Source of the DNA: an uncultured virus (IMG/VR IMGVR_UViG_2061766007_001776)
Taxonomy: Duplodnaviria > Heunggongvirae > Uroviricota > Caudoviricetes
DNA: 46,538 bases
Virus record (IMG/VR): IMGVR_UViG_2061766007_001776
Direction: 5' to 3' (one strand)
Part shown: one piece after another, positions 18,201 through 26,396 of the stretch
How positions within the stretch are numbered: position 1 is the first letter of the stretch
Layout of the letters: each line of letters begins with the position of its first letter
The notes under the pieces: generated by a model
The model's database searches: none
The model's input: only the letters and a program-made list of their open reading frames with translations
What the model was told of the DNA's origin: nothing
Translations under genes and position numbers: made by a program

Positions 18201-18489
18201 CTTGTGTAGAACTTGCATCACCAGTTGAAGGAATATCTTTAGCTGCTGCTGTTCCTAATGTAGGTTTATTCTTTATATAGTCGACTTTAGTACTATCAGT
18301 TTGAGACCAATCGGATTGAACTTGCCCAGTCGGTATATCAGGTAATTGCGAAGAAGGTATTTTACCAGTCGAATCCAGAGTAGCTAATCCGTTAGCCTGA
18401 CCTTTTGTATTTCTTAACGTCGTATCATGTATGTCATACCAATCGCCGTCTTTTTGTGCTTTATCAACATAATCAACTACTGTTGGCAT
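15217..18489 (-). CDS. Long tail fibre protein with tandem ~80-aa repeats
   Basis: 1090 aa, T/S/G/A-rich; GLATLDSTGKIPSSQLP, QSDWSQTD..DYIKNKP, KLDGIATGAEVN x2, YLRNDGTW x2 fibre motifs. Confidence 0.85.
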   Translation of the reverse strand: MPTVVDYVDKAQKDGDWYDIHDTTLRNTKGQANGLATLDSTGKIPSSQLPDIPTGQVQSDWSQTDSTKVDYIKNKPTLGTAAAKDIPSTGDASSTQVVMGNDSRLSVATTSTNGLLSSIDKSKLDGIATGAEVNQNAFSRITVGNTNIDADTKSDALTLVAGSNVTLTPDATNDKVTIEATDTTYDVATTSANGLMSSGDKTKLNGIATGAEVNQNAFAKIKIGSSTVEADAKQDTVEFVAGSNITLTPDPTNDKVTIAATDTTYESKTAASGGTDVSLVTTGEKYTWNNKSDFSGAYADLSGKPTLGTAAAKNATDSYSATGTDVTTGKAVAAALGTLDVTGASSIAASKTISAWSETDGKVSISTQDISIASSQVSGLGTAAAKNYTTSVTQNSADLVTSGAVWTAIDNLPEPMVMKGTLGTNGTITSLPTAAASNEGFVYKVITAGTYASQAAKVGDFFVSCKPTGASAYQWIWFPSGDESFTDTWRNIKVNGTEKLGTGINTGAVDFVNGTNTTVEFDATGNKIKINSSYTNTTYTFAGGTNKFTVTPSGGSAQDVTVTPSIANNITGSGTSGYLAKFNGANTLTSGPAIGSDTTKYLRNDGTWVKPPNDNTTYTFAGGTNKFTVTPSGGTAQDVAVTPSIANNITGSGTSGYIAKFNGANTITNGPAFGSATTTYLRNDGSWATPTDTNTTYSLTQDSSDGHKITLTPSSGTAQTITIPDNNNAVTQTATTTSANYEVLFSVTADNTTRTEGARKNSNLLFNPGTGVLFNGYYASAPSVTSRIANINFTTGPATGTGRTALRLDLVSSTTTSGAPPIESGKSSAGFLHTYYWDNSSITAATQFYIPNGDHIDTTGHQPPMFRGNNNGTWTDWFKMGMFNSTITSGQVVVTDGAFGVIKSSGYTIAKSVPSDAVFTDVKVTQTATNTNANYEVLFSATADNTTRTEGARKSNYLLFNPSGCILHGATEVRSTNLSVSASNGSSGGISLYQQASQMDQYGIMFRATSNKEKHGYVQGDWATYFTMNDQDNRGWIFRRNKTTGNVASIDTVGKMVLNGSLTIGGNATNTSGARLEFNSTNKCIDFVFN

Positions 18490-18515
18490 TTTACTTTATA
18501 CCTCCTCTATTTATT

Positions 18516-18725
18516 TTAAGTTGCTGAATGTTTATAACAATTTGACATTATAGTAAAACCTTCATTTGTCATCAATACAACTGAATGAATTGCTACACTC
18601 GATATACAAGCTGATGCCATTATTGTATAGTATCTTGATTCTGCTTCAGCTCTTGAACTATAAGACTGAACAATATTTGATACTACTCCAGCATCACTTG
18701 TTTGTATTTCAATAACTAAATACAT
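18516..18725 (-). CDS. Small hypothetical protein, paralogue of 6393-6632
   Basis: RBS GGAGG; sequence similarity to 6393-6632. Confidence 0.75.
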   Translation of the reverse strand: MYLVIEIQTSDAGVVSNIVQSYSSRAEAESRYYTIMASACISSVAIHSVVLMTNEGFTIMSNCYKHSAT

Positions 18726-18728
18726 AGT

Positions 18729-19685
18729 TTATTCCTCCGATTTTTCATATGTTATTGACGGCATATACTGTAATATTTCAGATTCTGACATTCCTTGACC
18801 ACCAGCTTTACAAACAGCAATCATGTAATATACCTGAACACCAGAACCAGCAGTAGTTCTCATTGCATTTAAGTCAAATGTTTGATTAGTTGTTGTAACG
18901 CCAGTAGCATCTGGATTAAGTACTTGATAATAGTCAGTATCATATATCTTTAAAAACAATGTTGTTGTCTGAGCACCAGTTGGTAATAAAAGTTTCATTG
19001 TGTCAGCCTCATCCGGAACTGGTATACCATAAATAGCTTCCCAGTTAAGTAAAGGAGCACCACCAACTGATTGATCATTATGTACCAAGAAATGATCGGT
19101 CTGTGATGAAGATATAAATTGTTCATTATCACTCCAGTATCTCCAGAAATCTCTATACCAAGCATATGTAATATGACTGTAATCCCATTCACCTGAAGTA
19201 TCAAGAACCCATGAATAAGACAAACCACCACCAACAGTTCTACTTGCCATCAAGAAGTAATTACCAATACCATTTGGTACTGCTGGAAGTTTTGCATTCA
19301 ATTGATTTATTTGTGATAGGAACTGGTATAAATAAGTACCAATATCAACAGCAGTAACATTAGTATTTGGTACAATTGTTTCACCATTTGCTATATTTGA
19401 AGTTACTCGGTATAATACGCCATCAACCATTAAGAAGTTGTTTATGTAATATGATTTAGTTGCAACAAGTTCGTCTTCCTGTTCTGCTAAACTTGCTAAT
19501 AAATCACTTGCTGGAGGATAACCGCTTGGACCAGAAGAACCAGCAATGTTTTCTCCATCGAAGTCTATAACATGATTCTCAACATCTATATCGATAGAAG
19601 CTAAGTCATCAGCTCGTTCGTCTCGAAAATGGTATGTGTTAGCATCACCACTTTGAGTTAAGGTATATATATCGACATCGGCCAT
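18729..19685 (-). CDS. Virion/tail accessory protein
   Basis: RBS AAGGAGG; DGVLYRVTSNIANGETI..NTN small beta module typical of fibre proteins. Confidence 0.6.
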   Translation of the reverse strand: MADVDIYTLTQSGDANTYHFRDERADDLASIDIDVENHVIDFDGENIAGSSGPSGYPPASDLLASLAEQEDELVATKSYYINNFLMVDGVLYRVTSNIANGETIVPNTNVTAVDIGTYLYQFLSQINQLNAKLPAVPNGIGNYFLMASRTVGGGLSYSWVLDTSGEWDYSHITYAWYRDFWRYWSDNEQFISSSQTDHFLVHNDQSVGGAPLLNWEAIYGIPVPDEADTMKLLLPTGAQTTTLFLKIYDTDYYQVLNPDATGVTTTNQTFDLNAMRTTAGSGVQVYYMIAVCKAGGQGMSESEILQYMPSITYEKSEE

Positions 19686-19788
19686 AATGCCCTCCTTCTA
19701 CCTATTTTGATTTCGAACACTTAAAATTAAGTGTGAGATATCCGTTTAATGTAATTAAATGTTTTTTACTTAAAATTAAATGAATTGT

Positions 19789-20598
19789 TTACGATACAGT
19801 AATAGTAGCAGCTGTTCCACTAAATGTAGGCTGACTAACTGTACCAGCAGGAGTAACCTCAGTTCCTGTAAAGCTAGGCTGACTAACAGTACCAGCAGGA
19901 GTAACCTCAGTTCCTGTAAATGAAGGCTGTGATACTGTTCCTGCAGGAGTAAATGCTGTACCTGTGAATGTAGGTGTAACATTTTCAGTTGTAGGAAGTG
20001 TACCAGCTGTGTACGATCCATTAGTAATTGTTAAGTTTCCATCTGATACTGTGAATGTAGGCATTGTGCAACTAGGTAATGTTCCAACAGAAGCAATATG
20101 TGAAAATGTTGAGATTGTTCCTTCAGGAGTTACTTCAGTACCACTGAATGTAGGCTGGCTAACTGTTCCCGCAGGAGTAAAAGCTGTGCCACTGAATATA
20201 GGTTGACTAACAGTACCTGCAGGCGTAAATGCTGTGCCACTGAATGTAGGCTGTGATACTGTACCAGCAGGAGTATAAGAACCACTTGCACTATCCTTGA
20301 ATGCCAATGCTCCAAGTCCCTGTAAATTACCAAAGTTCTGCCAAACGCCGGTACTTGATAATACAAAGTCCTTATGATCTGAATCTCTTGAAACGACATC
20401 ACCGGCAACAGCTGTAACTTCTTCACCATTGATTATTACAGGGTTAGTTGTTGAACCATCTTCAATTTCACTAGTAGTAACACCAAGCCACTCATGGAAG
20501 TTCAATAATTCCTGAATTAAAGCTCTTGCTCCCTGGTCAACCAAATCATAGGTATTTCCACTTGGCATTGTAATTGTATAAATAATAGGATTTGCCAT
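19789..20598 (-). CDS. Fibre-like protein with 16-aa TPAGTVSQPTFSGTAF repeats
   Basis: Two blocks of 48-bp repeats (about 19800-19970 and 20120-20280); LGALAFKDSA fibre motif. Confidence 0.8.
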   Translation of the reverse strand: MANPIIYTITMPSGNTYDLVDQGARALIQELLNFHEWLGVTTSEIEDGSTTNPVIINGEEVTAVAGDVVSRDSDHKDFVLSSTGVWQNFGNLQGLGALAFKDSASGSYTPAGTVSQPTFSGTAFTPAGTVSQPIFSGTAFTPAGTVSQPTFSGTEVTPEGTISTFSHIASVGTLPSCTMPTFTVSDGNLTITNGSYTAGTLPTTENVTPTFTGTAFTPAGTVSQPSFTGTEVTPAGTVSQPSFTGTEVTPAGTVSQPTFSGTAATITVS

Positions 20599-20613
20599 TT
20601 TTTATTTCCTCCA

Positions 20614-21027
20614 TTAAACATTATTGTAAAATACTAAACTGTGTGTTTCATCATCAATTCGTATCTGCAAATCTGATTTGTTATTCCATCGCTCTATATC
20701 TTCATCAGTTATAGACATTGTAGTAAATGGCAAGTCCACAACATACGACATACCATCACCTATTTTGATTCTTGGGATTAACTTTATTTCATGTGTAACT
20801 GGATCTTCCTCTTGTCTGTAATCTGTGTATACATAAATAAAGTTCTTAACTGATTTAATCTGTGGATTTGCTTCCCATTCAGCTGTTGTCTTCGAGATAA
20901 CTGCATTATAAATAGAGCCATCAGATTTCTGTACTTCGCCTCTCATCTCGACAATGCCATGGACCATTCCACGGACATCTGTTAGGCTTTGTACGATACC
21001 TTTTATTTCAGCTCTATTATTATTCAT
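20614..21027 (-). CDS. Fibre anchoring-type protein (hyaluronidase/Mtd N-terminal-like KIGDG motif)
   Basis: TTAEW...PRIKIGDG....LPF motif. Confidence 0.6.
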   Translation of the reverse strand: MNNNRAEIKGIVQSLTDVRGMVHGIVEMRGEVQKSDGSIYNAVISKTTAEWEANPQIKSVKNFIYVYTDYRQEEDPVTHEIKLIPRIKIGDGMSYVVDLPFTTMSITDEDIERWNNKSDLQIRIDDETHSLVFYNNV

Positions 21028-21370
21028 GCTCTTCTATCTCCTTCTCAACTATAAATCTTTGATACTCGATAAAAGTAAAATGTTCATCGTACTTTGTTAC
21101 AAGTTCTGCTTCATAGTAATAAGTTTTAAATTCCAAATTCTCTGTATCACTTGGAACTAAGTTGAGTATAACTTTATTCTCGGTATAATCTATAAAGCAT
21201 TCTTTCTCTATTACATCAGTACCTGTCTTGATACGGAAGTAAACATGATCGCCTTCCTCCAATTCCCTGTCGACAAACTTTCCATGCTCATCTCTAACCT
21301 GTGGAATTAGTCTCAAGTATGCGGTATCTGCTCTTGTGATCGATATTTCTTGTCTGTTAACTGTTAACAT
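21020..21370 (-). CDS. BppU-N-like / Ig-like baseplate accessory protein
   Basis: ISITRADT...LVPSDT.NL...YYYEAEL pattern; overlaps both neighbours. Confidence 0.55.
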   Translation of the reverse strand: MLTVNRQEISITRADTAYLRLIPQVRDEHGKFVDRELEEGDHVYFRIKTGTDVIEKECFIDYTENKVILNLVPSDTENLEFKTYYYEAELVTKYDEHFTFIEYQRFIVEKEIEEHE

Positions 21371-22223
21371 TGAGTAGTTCCCCCCATTTTGATTTTATTG
21401 AATCAATATTTTGTGTGTAGGGTTTAAAGTTCGTTGGAATTTCAGATGCGATCTTCTCTATGTCAATGTCTTGCATATCGAGAGGCACTTTGTAACCGTT
21501 AACTCCATCAATAATTAACTCTTCGAAAATCGGAATGTCTGTAGTAATTACTGGAGTCTGAAGTGACAGTGCTTCATGTATCGCAAAGCAATAACCCTCA
21601 TGATCTGAGAGCTGGACTAAGTAATCTGCATCTTTGATATAGTCTCTTAACTCAATATTTGAAACTGGTAACATCTGTATAACTTTTGGATTGTTGTGAG
21701 TCTTAATGAACTCAATATTCATAATATCTTTATCAGAGAAGTTTAACCAAATGTACTTGATGCAATACTTGTCAAGTAATTTAGCTAANNNNNNNNNNNN
21801 NNNNNNNNNTTTATGTGTTACCATCCTAGTACAAGAGACTAACTTTAGTACTCTGTGTGTTGCTATTCTTGGAATAATTGATTCAACTGTATCGCAAGCA
21901 ACACCATAAACTTTTGTAAAAGCATTAGCAGCGTATTTCGAAACTGCTATATAATTTGTATTGGGATTAATAGTAACATGTCCCTTTACTTTAGAATAAT
22001 CGCAATGTAATATTGTATAATTCTTTTTATAAATAATATTGTCAGGNNNNNNNNNNAATTCAGCTTTAACATAAGTGTTTACATCATTTAATATCGAGGG
22101 AGAGAATTTACGTGATATAACTGTTATATCGTAAATATCTTTCAACTCCCTGCAAAAGTTCATTACCCATGTATACATTCCATTGATAAACATCATTTTA
22201 TCAGTATACACTATTACTTTCAT
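21357..22223 (-). CDS. Glycosyltransferase, GT-B fold (GT4-like)
   Basis: NGMYTW, IAVSKYAA, ADYLVQLSDHEGYCFAIHEALSLQTPVITTD (E-X7-E motif), GVNGY; two small gaps. Confidence 0.85.
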   Translation of the reverse strand: MKVIVYTDKMMFINGMYTWVMNFCRELKDIYDITVISRKFSPSILNDVNTYVKAEXXXXPDNIIYKKNYTILHCDYSKVKGHVTINPNTNYIAVSKYAANAFTKVYGVACDTVESIIPRIATHRVLKLVSCTRMVTHKXXXXXXXLAKLLDKYCIKYIWLNFSDKDIMNIEFIKTHNNPKVIQMLPVSNIELRDYIKDADYLVQLSDHEGYCFAIHEALSLQTPVITTDIPIFEELIIDGVNGYKVPLDMQDIDIEKIASEIPTNFKPYTQNIDSIKSKWGELLNVNS

Positions 22224-22381
22224 TTCTTGTCTCCTTTTAAGTAATACATTTTATAATATTCTCTACCAGCCATAGCAATAAATGGATCTGGATCTTTCAT
22301 ACATTCCAATGTCTCTTCAAGTGAAGCCATCGGTTTGTTAAAGTCCAGATCCGAAATATCTTTTGTTTTTATCTCAGCCAT
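22220..22381 (-). CDS. Small hypothetical protein
   Basis: ATG 22381 after GGAGAG; overlaps endolysin stop and glycosyltransferase start. Confidence 0.55.
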   Translation of the reverse strand: MAEIKTKDISDLDFNKPMASLEETLECMKDPDPFIAMAGREYYKMYYLKGDKK

Positions 22382-23126
22382 TTTCTCTCCATATAAAACC
22401 AAGTGCAGTAGCTGTATTCTTTCCAACAATTCCATCAACAGTAAGACTCTTATCAGTCTGGAAGTTTCTTACTGCGATGTCTGTTTTCTTTCCGAATATC
22501 CCATCAGCAACACCACAATTGTAATTAAGTTCATTAAGTCTTCTCTGTACAGCCTCGACATCATCGCCTCGCATCATTGGATCCTGTAAATAGAGTTCTC
22601 TTGTAAGAATATCTTTCTCAGGAGTAATGCCGCTCCACCAATAAGGTCTTGCTGCATATTTCCATTCACGTTCAACTATAACAGTCTTGACAACGCCATA
22701 AGCTCTTCCTCTAGCTTCAATTGCATATGTGTGATCTATGGCATAACCAATATGGTTCTTCTTTAAGTCATTTCCTTCAAACAAGAAATCACCAATCTGA
22801 ACATCTTTAAGAGGAATCTTATTTGGTATCGAGTTCCAGATGTCATTAGCAGTCATATCGCTTTTGAACAATCCTTTATCAATAGCAAATTTCATAAAGA
22901 GTCCAGAGCAGTCGAATGCTTTAAGATCTCTAATATTGAAACCTTCTATTAATCTCTTTTGTAATAAGGTTAATATCTTGTCGACATTACCTATTGAGGT
23001 TTCCATATCACATATTTTAGGTAAGAGTGTTAACATGTCTTGTCCTTGAGATGACCAGACGTATAAATCTTTATCAACTTTAGGAGCTAAGTAATTGTCA
23101 GTCCATTCATGTATTTCTATCTTCAT
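22374..23126 (-). CDS. Endolysin: NlpC/P60 peptidase plus C-terminal peptidoglycan-binding domain
   Basis: FDCSGL...HIGY catalytic motifs; GDDVEAVQRRL...DGIFGKKT..AVRNFQ...DGIVGKNT (PG_binding_1). Confidence 0.9.
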   Translation of the reverse strand: MKIEIHEWTDNYLAPKVDKDLYVWSSQGQDMLTLLPKICDMETSIGNVDKILTLLQKRLIEGFNIRDLKAFDCSGLFMKFAIDKGLFKSDMTANDIWNSIPNKIPLKDVQIGDFLFEGNDLKKNHIGYAIDHTYAIEARGRAYGVVKTVIVEREWKYAARPYWWSGITPEKDILTRELYLQDPMMRGDDVEAVQRRLNELNYNCGVADGIFGKKTDIAVRNFQTDKSLTVDGIVGKNTATALGFIWRENG

Positions 23127-23325
23127 TATCAGTCTCCTTCTCTTGTTCTAGTGCTTCTTTCTTTCCAACCTGTGTACCAAAGTAGAATGAAATTATCACC
23201 GTGAATATAGTTAAAAACTGTTCAGCACTTACTTTACTTGTAATTGATAGATAAGCAAATACACCAGTTAGTATAAGTGTAACTAAGCTCTTTACATCAA
23301 TTAACTTGGCAAGTCGTTTGAGCAT
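23107..23325 (-). CDS. Holin-like membrane protein
   Basis: Two TM helices, IISFYFGTQ, charged C-tail; directly upstream of endolysin; ATG 23325 is 9 nt from AAAGGAG. Confidence 0.8.
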   Translation of the reverse strand: MLKRLAKLIDVKSLVTLILTGVFAYLSITSKVSAEQFLTIFTVIISFYFGTQVGKKEALEQEKETDNEDRNT

Positions 23326-23358
23326 GAGTACCATCTCCTTTCATGTGTGTAAACGCTC

Positions 23359-23435
23359 CTTACCCTACCTTGATTAACGAATATTCGAGGATTTAAAAGG
23401 AGTAAAATATCTTTCATTAATCAAGATAGGATAAG
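23359..23435 (-). promoter_or_regulatory. Long hairpin in holin 5' leader
   Basis: 19-bp stem (23417-23435 with 23359-23377), both mismatches G-U on the minus strand; loop contains CTCCTTTT. Confidence 0.65.
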
Positions 23436-23449
23436 CAACATAATACAAC

Positions 23450-23497
23450 ACAGAAATAGAGCCCGAATCTATTTGGTAAACTTTAAGACTCGGACTC
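23450..23497 (-). terminator. Possible terminator/hairpin before lysis cassette
   Basis: GAGTCCGAGTCT/AGATTCGGGCTC 12-bp stem with two G-U pairs, followed by TATTTCTGTGTT. Confidence 0.5.
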
Positions 23498-23520
23498 GAC
23501 GCCTGTGGTATATCCTTTAA

Positions 23521-24088
23521 TTAAATTGTACCATAACAACATCCAAACCAAAGACCATCAGTTCGAAGCATATTAGTCGGCCATGCGCCTAAATCACCAC
23601 TTGTTGTATATATTCTAGCAGGTAACCAATGCGTATNNNNNNNNNNNNNNNNNNCATAACCAACTGCTTCTATCATATTACCCTGATTTGTATAATAATA
23701 TCCGCCTTGTATTGGTGTTATAACTGGAATATTGGAATTTAATTGATGTAATGCTGTTGCACTAATACCCCAATCGAAATCACTAGACGAACCATTTGCA
23801 TTTGTGACTTTGAAAAAGAAATCGATTCTCGCCATATGATTTGATATATGAACAGTAGCAGTTCCAATAGCAGCAGCTGTTGCTCCGGTTGTTGCAGAAT
23901 CAACTATTTGTCCAGCAGTCCAATATACATTTNNNNNNNNNNNNNNNNNNNNNNNNNACATCTCGTATATAATACATTATACCATCATTATATTTGCTAT
24001 TAGGTAAAGCATCGTATTCGGCTTTAGTCAGTTCTCTATATGGAACTTGATTACCGTATACAACACCATTTAGTATCTGTTTGCCCAT
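23521..24088 (-). CDS. Small tail fibre-associated protein (gapped)
   Basis: Starts MGKQILNGVVY...LTKAEYDALPNSKYNDG (same motif as in 24885-26381) and continues after a gap into a beta-rich C-domain. Confidence 0.65.
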
Positions 24089-24102
24089 ATTAGATTCTCC
24101 TT

Positions 24103-24867
24103 TTAAGATGACTTGGTGTATCTAAGAGTTACATATGCATTAAATGTTGTTGACCCTCCACCGCCTCTACTAAATATTATAGCATCTGAATATAATTCAA
24201 TTATAGCACTAGTAGAATATGGTGCATCACTAGAATCTATATATATTTTTGGTATAGGATCTCCAGTATCAGTCATACATTCATAATTTATAACTTTACT
24301 TACATTTGAAAAATAATCACTAAGTGTTATTAGAGCATAATTGTTTGAAGGTACTTGTATATTTGATATTAAAGCCGTTTTTTCATATAAGGTCTTCCCA
24401 TTAATCCAAGTACCAATAACATGCTCATCACTTGAATAATGGTGCATTACAGACCCATCCGGAGCGTATTTACCTGAACCTGGAACGTCTGAAGTTTTGG
24501 TGTAATATATTGTTGCAACAACATCAACAAATAGCCAACCTTGAGCTTCGGCATACAATTGAGTAGGAGACACTCTGATTGTAGCTTGATATAAATTACT
24601 TTCATACCATGGAACATCAGCCCATCCGTTACCGCCATTTGGTCCAAAATGAAGTTTCTTTTCTCCAAGTAATACAAACTCAATACCTAAACTTGAAATG
24701 TCATATGTTTTTGATGCTACTGGAGAACTTTCATGATAACTTAAAGTAATTTCGTACAATGGTTTTCCATCAATCCATACACCAACTTCTCGTTCAGTAG
24801 TTGAGTAAATGTTAGAAGGCTCGGTAAATCCAGAATATGGTATTCCGTTTAGCATTAACAATCCCAT
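24103..24867 (-). CDS. Tail fibre receptor-binding-type protein with two YSxxExxxGxWIxGK domains
   Basis: ATG 24867 after GAAGGAG; two domains each ending YTK. Confidence 0.75.
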   Translation of the reverse strand: MGLLMLNGIPYSGFTEPSNIYSTTEREVGVWIDGKPLYEITLSYHESSPVASKTYDISSLGIEFVLLGEKKLHFGPNGGNGWADVPWYESNLYQATIRVSPTQLYAEAQGWLFVDVVATIYYTKTSDVPGSGKYAPDGSVMHHYSSDEHVIGTWINGKTLYEKTALISNIQVPSNNYALITLSDYFSNVSKVINYECMTDTGDPIPKIYIDSSDAPYSTSAIIELYSDAIIFSRGGGGSTTFNAYVTLRYTKSS

Positions 24868-24884
24868 TTTGATTTCTCCTTCCA

Positions 24885-26381
24885 TTAATCAGTAGATTTG
24901 GTGTATTGAACTATAAAATACAACTTATCAACATCCGTATTGGTATAACCGTTGACATAATATTGTAAATTTGGATTTGTATTTATATCTCTCATACTTG
25001 CAGCAATCTTATATTGAGTATATTGCGGAACTTCCGTATATTCAGCACTACTACTTCCATTTGCAGTATAGAAAGACCCTCCACTCCTGTGTATTATAAT
25101 TTCTATCTTTATACAAGTTTCTAAATTCGGAAAATATTCGAGCGTTGTAAACACTTGTGGCCAGGCTCCAGAAACTGTTTTTGTTACAACCTTTTCATAA
25201 ACAGTCTTTCCATCAATCCAAGTACCAATTATCTTTTCATCTGTACTATAATGGTGTGTTGGAACACCGTCGGTTCCCCATCGTCCTGATCCAGGAATGT
25301 CAGTAGATTTAGTATATTGAAGAATTAAATAATTTATAATTCTTGGATAAGAACTCGAGAACAAATAATATCCAATTGTGTATGGAGTACTTGCTGTTAT
25401 ATATCCAATTATACAAGGAAAAGTTTGAATAATGTCATTTTTATCCAATGCTCTTCCGCATATAAATTTATCAATATCGCCAATTGAAATTCCTGTATCA
25501 ACCCATTGAGAATATGTTGTTATATCATCTAATTTAATAACTCTTTGATAAACTGGTTTTCCATCAATCCAAGTACCAATTTGTCGTTCTTCAGTACTAT
25601 AAATTACAGGAGCAAACTTCTGTCCTTCGACATAACCATCATCAGTTATACAATATAATACACCATCAGTAAGTTTACTACTTGGTAATGCATCATATTG
25701 TGCTTGTGTTAATTCTTTATATGATTTGATCAGAGCTTCACCTGAACTGACAACGCTGGTTCCATTAACCTTTACGTCAGTTACTGTTCCGCCCGATTCA
25801 TTAGTATTTTCCCATTTATGTGTAGTGGAATTGTATTTCAGTATCTGACCGTTTGCAACACTGGTAATACCAACATCTGTTAAGTCATTTAATGAATCAG
25901 CTCCACCACTTGGTTGTGCATTTTTCCATTTGTCAGAGAGAGCATCATATGCTAATACATGTCCATCTAATGGTGTATCAATATCAACATCTGTTAATTC
26001 AGTTAACTCGTCAACGCCACCACTTGGAGGTTCTGCATTAATCCAAGTTGAACCATTATATGTTAATACTTCTCCCTGAGCTGGATTATCTATGAAGACA
26101 TCACCACTAACATTAGCCAAACACATCTTTTCTTCAAGGAATGTATTTTGCCATTCGTTATCGTCTTCATTATAGACTAAACTATGTCCGGCAACAGGTG
26201 ACGAAATAGACACATCACTAAGATCGTCTAAAGCGCCACCACCGCTACCGGAATTATCGACCCATGTACCATCGGCTTGTAATATCTTATTTGCAGAAAC
26301 GTCTGCTGCTGTAGGCTTTGGAACCGTGCCGTTACGTGACGTTGAGAACGTTTCGTTTTCTTTTACATATAGATGTCCCAT
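24885..26381 (-). CDS. Tail fibre protein with LxDLxDV repeats and two YSTxExxIGTWIDGK domains
   Basis: Four ~38-aa LDDLSDV...GxxLxY...WxN repeats, then duplicated head domains. Confidence 0.8.
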   Translation of the reverse strand: MGHLYVKENETFSTSRNGTVPKPTAADVSANKILQADGTWVDNSGSGGGALDDLSDVSISSPVAGHSLVYNEDDNEWQNTFLEEKMCLANVSGDVFIDNPAQGEVLTYNGSTWINAEPPSGGVDELTELTDVDIDTPLDGHVLAYDALSDKWKNAQPSGGADSLNDLTDVGITSVANGQILKYNSTTHKWENTNESGGTVTDVKVNGTSVVSSGEALIKSYKELTQAQYDALPSSKLTDGVLYCITDDGYVEGQKFAPVIYSTEERQIGTWIDGKPVYQRVIKLDDITTYSQWVDTGISIGDIDKFICGRALDKNDIIQTFPCIIGYITASTPYTIGYYLFSSSYPRIINYLILQYTKSTDIPGSGRWGTDGVPTHHYSTDEKIIGTWIDGKTVYEKVVTKTVSGAWPQVFTTLEYFPNLETCIKIEIIIHRSGGSFYTANGSSSAEYTEVPQYTQYKIAASMRDINTNPNLQYYVNGYTNTDVDKLYFIVQYTKSTD

Positions 26382-26396
26382 GTTGTCTCCTTTTGA

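Noticed and set aside
16547..18280. Plus-strand ORFs here and elsewhere (e.g. 38315-38779, 39140-39472)
   Set aside because: Antisense shadows of long minus-strand genes with biased codons; no RBS or recognisable motifs.
23325..23334. Lambda-type dual-start holin/antiholin (Met-Val-Leu-Met)
   Set aside because: First ATG abuts the RBS with zero spacing and the extension adds no positive charge.
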